From Phoronis australis (Eukaryota > Animalia > Phoronida): DNA of 64,000 nt. Shown piece after piece: positions 11,501 to 23,500 of the stretch. The notes under the pieces are model-generated. The model worked only from the letters and a program-made list of their open reading frames with translations, did no database searches and was not told the origin of the DNA. Position 1 is the first letter of the stretch, and each line of letters starts with the position of its first letter. The stretch covers positions 135,965 through 199,964 of the forward strand of contig NMRA01000638.1 in the NCBI GenBank assembly GCA_002633005.1, given 5' to 3'. Both the position numbers and the translations under genes were made by a program.

Positions 11501-14500
11501 ACCATGATAGAAACAGGCTAACAGAACAGTACAAAAGCACACCACCTGACAGAAGCAACAGACAAAGACAGTGGCAATGAAGGAAGACCACAAATGAATT
11601 GGGATTCACTCAGATCACTTAATCTCTTGAAATGTTCTGTAAAATTAGAATCAAATAGCAGGCACTTTAAATTCATTCCACAAAATCGAAATACTCAGAA
11701 TTAGATCATTTTCACTGAAACTTAATAGGGTCTAAGCAATTGAAGTTTAGAAATTACTGTCTGAGTAGACAGCATATGTCTACCATGTACTATTTAGAAC
11801 TGAAAATGTTTAAATGTGTTTCTCTTTGGCGATGCATAGACTGATGTATCCAGAAAACCTTTACTAACTCTGTACATTTTGGCAGTGTTTACTTACTGTC
11901 CATTGCGCTTCACAGCTAGTGTGTGCAATGAGCGATCCAGGCAAGTGGAGATAGTTTTAACGAAGACACAGAAACATACCTGGGAAAACACTGAGACACA
12001 AACAACAAACAACCATCCAAAAAGCAACTGGGATCGATAACAAGTAACGGCGATACAAATGGTAATCTGTGCATCCAGCACACTTCCCTAATTAGGGCAA
12101 GCAATTCCCCTGACAGGAAGAAGAAATGGTTCATTTGGCATGCGTTTAATAATGAACTGACAAAATGATTAAAGAACATCCAGCAAGAAAAAGTGCACCA
12201 GGAGTGCAACCAATAACCTTTAACAAATAATAATAATCACTGAATTATGCAGAGCAGATGTAGGATAAACTGTTCATCGCAGAAATGTTTTTGTTACAAA
12301 GACACATGTTAAGCTAAGATTTTACACAGTGAGTTAAAGCACAGCACCCACGAGCAACACACACATTAACTCTTACCATGGTTACCATTACTAACCAGCA
12401 CACCATCACCATGGAAACACAGTACAGGGTAAATGATGGGAAATATGTGCAACAGAAGTTACAGATATTACATTGTGAGTCCCATGCACTATATGCTGTA
12501 AAGCTGTTGGCAGACATACTGGAAACACGGACAGACACATTGAAAATTATTGCCAAGCATTTGCAAATGAATAGAGACGAATGGTCACAACAGTTAACTG
12601 TGCACAAGACAAGTATAACACATCATTGACACCATGGAGATCTCATTACCATCCATCTGTCACACTCCACACATTCCCATGCAGATTCCAGGGCTTCTCA
12701 GATGATGTTGCCATGCTGACACTAGTCACTGTGGCAACACCAGACACATGCAAACTGCAGACCATGAGTTTATTATAGGCCAGCACCAAACATTTACCTC
12801 TACAAACCATCCACATGTAGAATAATCATGGAGTACACTACTACTAAATAAGTGACATGGAACAAGAATTATCTACATGATGGATACCAACCTTGAGTGA
12901 AAATGGGGCCTGAAAGAAGACAATAAATATTAGCACTAACTTCATGTTTATCACTGACCTGTGCCTCACGTAAGTACTTTCCACCATACTTGTTAACCAT
13001 TTCAATCTGCGGACGTCGATCTTTGAGACCTTGGTAGAGCCGCTGAAAAATAATCAAAATGTCTATGCTTTTTAAAACTAATAACCAGCAAATTTAAGCA
13101 AAGAAATGAGTTAAACACAATAATAGTATAGATGAAGAGTAACCACAAGAAAAAACCTAATAATAACCAAATAAACAAACAATACTACTATAACCACCAA
13201 TTATATATTTTGGAAGGTTTCATTAAACCGAAGGTTTAACGAGGGATTTAAATGTATTAATGGTAGCAGCCCTGACCTAATGTTGTATGGTATGAAATTA
13301 CATTCAGCTGATGAAGGTGAACAGAAGACCGCACATCCTGTTTACCCTTGGAGAACACAAAGCTATTTGCAGATCTAATTAAGTTGGATGGTTGCAGTGC
13401 CATTGTCATGGTTCAAATCAAACCTTTACTGCTTTGATACAAAAAAAGTTTGGTCAAGTGTTGATTAATTATAAATTGTTTAAAACAAATTTTCCTTATA
13501 ATGAACAATTCTTAAAAGGGTACAAAACACGGTTTTGGCCAATTAGCATATATTAAAAACAACTTCCCCACTCAATTCCCTGAAACAAAATGATGCTCTA
13601 TAACCCTCGACAGCCCTCAAAAGTTTGAAGGAAAATTAGAAAACTAAGTTCAAAGTCTGCTAGACAAGAAGGCATGACCTACAGATTTAGAGAATCACAA
13701 AGCAAGAACCATAATATCCAATCTGTGACACAGGGAGAACTACAAGTTTTTTTTGTTAATTTCAAGTTTTGTCGCCATTGATGCAAAAACAGGAGACAGA
13801 ACAAGGATTAGCTGAAATCATCAAAACAAGGTTTAATATCCTTTTAACTAATACTTTTGATGAGGAATGACGAAATAAAATTCTCCATTCCCGCTATGTT
13901 TTGTGCTAAATAGGTGAATATATGACATGCCATTTAGATAATTTCTTAATAATGGGAACATACAGTTATCAATGGATAACATGCAGATATTTTGGTAGAC
14001 CTCACAATCAAAGGGCAAAATATGAACCAAGCTTGGCCAGATAATAACTAGGTGCAAAACACAACTCATGTTTAATAAACAATGCTCACTTAAAAAAAGT
14101 CTCATGCTCGCTAGGCAGTGCATTTACTCACCATGGATGGGTCCATGTGTTTGTGTGCCAGCCCTGAATTATTGTTAAGCAAGGGCTGAGACTGCAGTGC
14201 CATTTGTGCCTGAGATACGTAAGCCTTCTCATGGTCCAGGTTTTCATGGAAGTGATGAAGGATGTCCACTGAAGTCTCGATGCCTCGTAACCTGGAGTAA
14301 TAGCAACCACACTTTACCTGGAGATACTTGGGACTATCTCAAAAATCAGACTCAAGATTCTAATCCAATAGTTTTACAATGCTCTATGAGTATACAAAAG
14401 TCCTTTCAGGTTAGATTTCAGCATAAGCCCACCTGCAAACATTGACCAAAAATTATGAGTTGCTGTCTAGGTTTGTGACACAGTTTGGAGCAAGAGTCAC

Positions 14501-17500
14501 AAAGCCTAAACCTAACTAACAATTCATTTTGCTCTGAAATGAATCGATTTCAAAATAAAGTTCTATACAATTGCCAGAATTTACTAAAAGCCATACATTA
14601 TCACCTACAACAATGAATGTATCACTAACTTTATCAGGCCTTGACATCTCTAACAATAGCCTGCAACTCAAATAAGTTGAACATTTTTTTATTGGCAAAT
14701 GAAAGCAATGATAGGTCAAAAGATAATCAGTAGGATTTCAAGACTAAAGCACCAAATTGTCAGTGAAAGCACTTAATTGAAAGAAATGTTAAGACCATTA
14801 TCATGCCACACTCCTGCTAACAACACACACCTCTCTACAGCCTGCACACAAACATTCTCCCAGCGTTGAGTCACACGACGAACATCCCCTTCCAGCTGTT
14901 GTACATCGTCATGGGGACTGACACCAGGACGACTGCTCTCGATGGCACGACTGGCATTCACCACGTCTTCACTTAGGTGGTCCATAAATGGACGGTTCTC
15001 TTGGATTGACTTCTGCAGGTCCTTAGAGTAAACAGTCAAAAATTAGGTTTACATGTATGAAATGATTAAAGCTTGATAAAAATTACTTAGACGTTTTTCA
15101 TACGGTTGCCTCAAAAGCAATTCACGTCAACTGTCAACACAAAAACTATTACAAAAGATTCATGTCACTATGTGTGGGTACAGTTTTCCTTATGCTGCCA
15201 GAAACAAGTGAGAGATTAAAGGTCAATGCCTCCAGAAAATTCAAGACTTGCAAATAATAAAAAATTTGTTCTGACTAATTCATCCACTCTAACAACTGAT
15301 CTTGAGACACATTCAGAACCTACCAATCATTACGTTCATGTAGTTTAGTTAAACAACTGAAGACTTTTTTAAACAAATCTATCAAAAGTGGCATTCAAGA
15401 GACAAATTGGGCATTAATAAATCAGGGGACACCATGCACTGAGAGAACAAAAAATAAACCACCTAAAATAAATTAATTCACCAGAATAAGTACTTACATG
15501 CAGTTCCTCCTGTGACCTCTTCAGTGCTGGAAGGTCAGAGGTCAACATATCCTGTGAGGCAAGAGTCAGTTCATAATTGGCCACCAAGTGTGTTGACTCC
15601 TCAAGACTACTAATAACCACCTCGATAGCCTTTAGCCGCTCCACATAGAGATGCGAGATAGACCAGAGCTGGTTCCAGGTGTCCACGAGCTCGTTTAGCC
15701 GACTCTCCAGGGGTGGGGACCTCTCTGGAGAGGCGCGGAAGGAACGCTGGATGCCTTCCATTTCAGGTTCGTAGCTCTGCAGCTCATTCTCGAATTCCTG
15801 CGAAAGTAACAAGAGCAACATAGAATGTTGATATGTACCACCATGTGCATCTCATATAGCCCAGATGCAAGGAATGATTGCTATTTTAAACTTAAACCAG
15901 CCTCTAGGGGATGCATAGCAAGTCTGCAATGCTCCTTTCAATAGGAACACACCTGCAAAGTCCGTGAACAAATGAGATACATACAAACGTCGTCAACTAT
16001 TTTCAAACTCAAAGAAACACACTTGCCAAATTTCAAATGATCTATTTATTTATTCATTTATTTATTTAAACATCTTCAAAAGACTGAGGGACTACTTCAG
16101 TGAGTAGGAAATAATTACACTGAATAAAATACAGAGCTATGTACAATTAGATTAGCAAGAAGAAACAGATGCAGATGCGAAAAAAGCAAAATGACACTAG
16201 GGGGCACTCTAGTAATCAAACTGTCCACAAATCGCCAACAATGATCCGACTAGTAGGGACACAATTACCAATTTTCAAAACAATTCTTAGAGCGGTTTGG
16301 CCGATAGAGAGATAGATGCCAAATAGACTAAAACATAATGAAAAACTGCCACTAGGAGGCGTAAACAACGTCAAATCCATCTGAAAACAAAAATGCGTCA
16401 TCGCCTCATTAATAGAAACCTATTTGTCAAATTTCATAAAACCGTCAAGGAACTCCAAAGATATGGAGGAAAATAGAAAAAATAAAATTGCCACTAGGGG
16501 GCACAGCGGGAGTTGGATCTGCCCCAATGTTGTCGTCAACCGTTGTCACCACCCTCATACAAATACACTTGCCAAATTTAACAAAGATTCTGCAGAGGGC
16601 TTACAAGATTCAGCCATTGACCCAAAGAAAACAAAACTGCCACTAGAGGGACACAACAATACCCGGCGATGTCCAAGAATGATCGCCAAGCGTCCTCTTC
16701 CAGTACAAGAGCAACGTGGAGCATTGAAATGGGCCCACGAATGCACCGCAAATGGAGTGCTTCTAGGATTGTGTATTTGTTTCATAAAAATAGCCACTAG
16801 ATGGCGAAAAACATCCGATCCATCTGAAAATGGGAACATGTCATTGCTTCTTTAATGGAAAGCTACTTACCAAATTTCATAAAAATCTGTCAAGGAACTT
16901 CAGGGAAACAAAGGAAAACAGAAAAAATGAAATTGCCACTGTGGGGCACAATGTTCATTGTTGTCATCTATTGTTAGCTTCACCTAAATACAACTACTAA
17001 ATTTAAGATCCTGCAGTGAGTTTAGGAGATGCAGCTATGGCCGCAAACCAAACCAAAACTACCACTGGGAGGCACCACAGTAGTCGAATTCATTATCGTC
17101 AACCGTTCTCGTCATACTGAGAACATTTACGCCAATTTTCAAAATCATCCTTAGAATGGTTTGGTTTATCACAGGGTGGACGCCAAAAAAACAAGACTCG
17201 AAAACAGGAAAAATGGCCACTAGGTGGCGCAAAGTACCTCGATTCCATCCGAAAGCAGGAGGATAGCATCATCTCACCAATAAATGCCTATATTCCAAAC
17301 TTTCTGATAATCCGTTGACGACTTTTGAAAATACAGAGGTAAGCTTAAAAAATGAAGATTGCCACTAGGGGGCACACTGTTGTCATCCGTTGTCAACATC
17401 ATATAAATGCACTTGCTAAATTTAGCAAAGATGCTGAAAAGGGTTTAGGAGATACAGCCATGGGCGCAAAAACAAAACTGCCACTAGGAGGCGCCACAGT

Positions 17501-20500
17501 AGTCGAAGTCGTCGAAACATCATCGTCGGCTTCGTAGTGAGAACACACATGCCAATTTTCACAATCATCCTTAGTGCGGTTTGGTCGACACAGGAGTGGA
17601 CACCAAAAAACAGACTAAAAAACAATAAAAATGGCCACTATGTCAAATCCATCCGAAAATGGAAAGATAGCTTCATCTCACTACTAGGTGCCTATATTCC
17701 AAATTTTATAAAATACATTGAGGGCCTTTGAAGATAGACAGGTAAACGTAAAAAACTAAAATTGCCACTAGGGGGGCACACCGGTAGCCAGATCCATCCG
17801 AAAGTTGTTGTCATCCATTGTCAACATCATATAAATATATTTGTTGAATTTAGTAAAGATCCTGCCAACGGTTTAGGAGATATAGCCATGGGTGCAAAAA
17901 CTAAACTGCCACTAGGAGTAGCCACAGTGGTCTAAATCATCGGAAAATCATCGTCAGCCGTCCTTTTCATGGCAAGAACATACATGCCAATTTCCACAAT
18001 CATCCTTAGAGCGGTTTAGTTGATAGAGGGGTGGATGCCTAAAAACAGACTCGAAAACAGTGAAAATGGCTATTAGGTGGGGCAAATTACGTCGAATGTA
18101 TCCGGAAACAGGAGAATCGCATCATCTCACTAATAGATGTGTACATGCCAAATTTTATGAAACTACCTTAAAGACCTTTGAAGTTATAGCCAATAGTTGG
18201 CACACCGGTAGTTGGATCCGTCTGAAAGTTCGCTCATGCTGTCCCATCCATGATAGGAGCATATGCGCAAAATTTCATGAATGTACGTCAAAGGGTTTTG
18301 GAGACAGAGCAGCAGACGCAGGACGGATGGACGCATAATGCATCCACGTATAAATATGTGGGCGCATAAAAACCGTATAATTACATCTATTTTCATAATC
18401 ATTCTAAGAGTGGTGAGGCTGACAGAGAGGCGAATGCCTAAAATAGGCTAAAAAATAAAAACGGCCACTTGGTTGCATGCACTACATCAAATCCACCTGA
18501 AAACAAAAAAGATGTCATTGCGTCTTTAACAGAAATCTATTTGCTAAATTTCATAATAATGCGTCCACAAATAAATATGTGGGCGCATAAAAATCCGTCC
18601 AAGAACTCCAAAGCTACAGAGGAAAACAGGGAAAAATAACATTGTCACTGGGATAAACAGCGGTAGTTGGATCCATCCGAAGGTTGTTGTCATTTGTTGT
18701 CACCTTCATATAAATACACTTGCTAAATTTAAGATCCTACAGAGGGTTTAGGAGATTTTCAAAACTGCCACTAGTAGGACCCACTGCAGTCGGAGCCGTC
18801 CGAGAATCATCGTCAGCCGTCCTCTTCCCAGTACGAACATATATTTTAATATTCAAAATCTCCCTGTACTTGAAATGCAACATCAGAATAGGGTAGTCCC
18901 CGATTACGTGGCGATAGAACTCTCCTTTATCCCGGAGATTAGGAAGTGCGTGACCTCGTATTGGAAATCAAGCACATTTTCATGTCTCTCAATGATGTAG
19001 GGAAGGTGGGTATCATTTATCATACTTCCTCATATCAGAGTTGAAGCCCACAGCACAGCAGTAATATTTCATTGGCATTGGAAGGACGAATAGAGTAATG
19101 CAACCCAGAAAAACTTGTGTGAAATTCCAGGGGCACGAAAACAAGGTAGCAAATGTGGTTGACGGATGTTAACGGCATTGTGGTTAAATACATTGAGATT
19201 CGAGTGTCATTGAATAATCCGGGACGGCCTTATTGATGAATAGGAATATTACAATTTGAAAAAGGATCACAGGATAACAAAAACAGTTTGAATTTATTGT
19301 TAAATTTTTTAAAATGTTTATGTAGTGTATTTTGGTCTTTACCCACTACAAATCAAAAAAAATGTGGGAGTCATCAATTACTTTTTCCATTACAGCCTCA
19401 TAAACAGCACCCCTGGCAAAAATGTGAAATTTGAGCAATTTGACTTAGTTCTAAAAAGCGCGTCAATTTAAAGATTACTATTACCCTACTGTTAAGATGG
19501 TTACACAAAAAGAATACATAAAGCGCTGCATGAAGGTATAAATAAATCAGCATAGAAAAACACATTGAATAAGTTAATAATCCAGTTTTATGCTATATGC
19601 ATAAAACATTTGACACAAAGTATCTGTTGGTCACAGTTGGTATATGACAACTATGTATACACAGAACGTGACAGAAGTTCTCAGTAGCACAACATGATCA
19701 AACAAGTGAGATAACAGGAAAAATTTGATTCGATACGTCACCACTAAACAAAATAAGACCAACTTCAGTTATATCAACAGGTAGCAACTAAGCACCAGTC
19801 ACCAACCTCACCTTATGTGCAAGCACCCTTTCTTCTAAGTTGTCCATGCTGCGAGGAATGGGTTCCCTCAATCGAATGGTCAACCTCTGGTCAAGGCTGG
19901 TTAGTGTGTACTGTAAGTTGGTGATCTGGTCAGAAACTGAAGAGGAGGCAGATGATCGTGGGTATTTGGCTTCTGCAAGGGAGACACCAAGCATGTTATA
20001 CTTACTAAGTCTAATTCTAACATGGTGTTTTTCAGGTTATTTTTAGGTCTGGAACTTTGCAGGAAAGGGTATGCTGCAGTATGCTTTTCATCCTGGAAAA
20101 ATGCTTCAGTGAAAGCTCAATATCTTATAAAGGTAAAACATCTAATATCAATGGAATTGCATGAATAAAGTGTAGAGTACATTAAAAAACCCAGTATATG
20201 ATGACGGTTACAGTTTCTAAGTCTATCAATATTCATCAAAATGAAATCACCAATCTCAGCATTAATGAAGAATATCGTTCACAACAGCTAGTACGTACGA
20301 AGACAATGTTCACAATATTCCAACCACTCTAAGACACTTGAGGATGTTTGTTATGGGCCTAAATTAAAGAAAGTACTTCTTAATCTTCCCTTTTTGGGTA
20401 ACAGTAGTAATGAGATCGATAGACAGGTGAAGAGAATGCTTGGAGCTATTGCCCAATGTTTGCAACTTGTAACAATTTTTAAACCTGATAACAGACTTTT

Positions 20501-23500
20501 GTCATTGTCTAGACTAAAAAGACCATTGAGTAATTCTTTAAGCAGTCATGTTGTGTACCAACTCAACTATAATGAATGTGAATAGTTTTACACTGGAAGG
20601 ACCAATAGGATTCTCACCATTAAAGTCAAAGAGCACTGTAAAAACACAGCACTGTTCTTAAAGGAGAAGGTAACCTTTTTCATGTCATTTTCATGTCCGT
20701 TCCTTGATTATCCCAGACATATTTTTCAGTTAATAACGTCTTCTCGTAATTTAATTAATTAGCTGTGCCGTTATGTTTTCATATAGTCTGACTGTGTGAG
20801 CTGTCGCGTCCATCATTGTTTTATCTCGGTTGTGATAACTTCAGTTGTCGTTTGCGTTTGTTCACGAGTCAGTCAACATGTTGCACGTTTGCTGCGTATC
20901 GGATGTACTCGTTATCGTCTCATGCGCACTTTGGGTATACCATTACACCACTTTTCGAAGATGACATGCTACGTCGTACTTGGGTCGTTAGTGTGAAGAA
21001 CGCAGCGTTACCGTCCACACAACGTATAAACAAATGGAGAATTGCCGAGTGTGTGGGAAACAATATTCTGCCGTCTGACTACGAAAGAGATATGTACACG
21101 GAATTGATGAAGGTTCCTGCAAAACAACGCTTGAAGAAGGGTGCCATACTGTCGCTGTTGAATCCCGGCAATGCCCCATCGCCACCCCCGAGAAGTGCAT
21201 TTTTGAAGTGAGTAGCCTCGCGAGCTGTAGCCTCTAGAGTGACTGAAGGCGCTTCATCTACTGTCACCCGCGCCTCGAACATACCCAAGACCATGCAATT
21301 CTTGAAACTAGCAGTGATTCACCCTGTGCTGTTTTGTCTCCAGCCAAGAAGCTGTAAGCAGCCCTGGAGCAATGTTGAGGAGTGGGAGTGAATACAGGCC
21401 CAGTTTGAAACCCAGTGAGGAGGACAGTTCGTAGTCCAGTGAACAGGCCGATGAACCAAACTTTGATAAGTTTATTATGGACTTGACAAAAGTATTGGGG
21501 CTATTATTCAAAAGGCGCCAGGTGTGTGATGAGGAAGTCACACGGCGGGATGTAAGCAGTTTAGGTGCTCAGGTCACCATCCAGTGGCAACAGCATAGGC
21601 ATTCCACTGAGGTTGGCATAAGAGTGCATTTGCACCAAGATGTCCCACCATGTCTGTCCTCAGTCTCTGCCTCATCGTGGCCCCTCAGCAGCTGTCTGTG
21701 CGTATTCTGCCTCACTATACTCGGGCTCACCACTAATATGAATAATAGAGAGGTTTTGCAAAGTGACGTGAACGTGAATTATCATGCATTTATAATACCG
21801 CATCATACATGCCATTGTTGCCTGTGACATAATCCCCATAGTATTTTACGTGAATACAGATTCACGTCGCTTTAAAAGCGAAACCTGTGGCCCTTTTTAA
21901 TTCTTATTCAGCAAGACATCGAAATGATTTTTATTTTGATAGGGTTCTTTCTTCTTTGCTTCAGTATAAAATGAATACGATTCTTTTGTCTATACTTGCT
22001 CTTACAGTTTATTTGCAAGAAATCACCTTTTCCAAAATCCTTATTCTGCTGGTGTTCACTAGATATCATCAACCTAGAATGAATTTTTAACAGATATAAT
22101 TTTGTATTGCTAAAATTTTTACATGCTTAATTTACATGCATCTATTTATTTTAAACTGCAAATAAAATTTTGTATTCTAAGAGTTGACCATTTCTCGCAG
22201 GAGTTTGTAGAAATGACTTTTTCACGCAAAATAAGTTGCACTGGCTGAGTGACATTTAGGTTTTTTGTTAAGTAGCTGACGTGCATTAGGCCTACAATAA
22301 CTAGACACCCCGAGCTCAGTTATTCAGTTCACGTTTAATTTCATGGAACGTAAAGATTTAGCTATAACGAAACTCATTTTTGTTACTGTAACATGAATCG
22401 GCACATGCAGTTAAGTATAAGTGATACTTCACGTTCATGTCCCTTTGCGAAACCTCTCTATTGTCTCTGTCACTCACATCACTGTGTCTGTGATAAGGGT
22501 CGCCGACTACAGCCATTTTCGGCTACTACAAACTGAAAGTTTCCTAAATCTAATGTAAATGAGTTCTCTGATAACCTAGCTTGACGTAGAATACTTGTAG
22601 ATGGGAAGTGGTGACGACAATTTTAGGAAACCAGCACGAAAACAACAGTATAACAGATCCTCACAGTAAACTCGAATGCACTCGAAGCAAGGTGGAGGGA
22701 AATTCTTAACCCCCAAAAAGTCACTTCCGGAGTAAGGCACAATTAATAAATTTAATAAAGTTACGGGAAGCTGACATGAAAAATGGTTGTCTTCCCCTTT
22801 AATCATTCATTGACAACTGGTCATACTATAGATTACTAGGTGTTCAGATCTTGGACAAGGATAATACCACCCTCAGGTTCCTCATTCAGGAGCTATGCAT
22901 ATACGGTTGAATAATGCTGAGTGCTATCTGAATAGAAACACTTGTTCATTTGAGCTACAAGTGTTTTGACTTCTGGTCTCTCCCCTCACAATGCATTTTG
23001 ACGTGTACCTGTACAGTCTGTTCTCCACCTGTGTTACCTGATTGGAATATTGTGAACTTTTGTTTTGAGAATGGTTTAGAGACAACGCCGATTAATACAA
23101 TGTCGTTGTTTACATATGCGCTGATTTTAAAATTCGTACTCATATTTCGGCCAAAAACAAATGTGACCAGCTAGTACACAATTTACAAAAGTACATAGAA
23201 AATACTATGACATGAGCATTACTTCCATTGTAAAATTCTTTGTTTCTACAAAAGTTTTCCTTTTCATAATTATCGAAAATATATTGCACATGCACACTCC
23301 AACATTGTGAAATAACATACATTAAGACAACTGTTAACTGGCTATATAACATGCTCACATAAAATGAAATAATTTGTATTATTACACAACCACCGATACA
23401 TCTGTCCTCCTATTGTTTGAAGTGCGGAAAGACAACTTCCGATATCGCCTAATATTGAAAAACTTAGTGTGTAATATCACTTTTCATTTATCCTGTGTGA

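Larger units (their letters stand above)
20230..23000 (+). mobile_element. Decayed Penelope-like element split by a Kolobok insertion
   Basis: LNLPFLG..SHVVYQLNYNECE*FYTGRTNRILTIKVKEH before 20658; resumes HSLTTGHTIDY..QILDK..YLNRN after 22802. Confidence 0.7.

Noticed and set aside
13305-13340. ctgatgaagg hammerhead-like core (also ccgaaacgtc near 43385)
   Set aside because: Only half of the catalytic core in each case; no stems identified
14318-14432. Possible cryptic exon (tttgcag|GTG...CAG|GTAAAG)
   Set aside because: Contains stops and its donor is only 26 nt from the next acceptor
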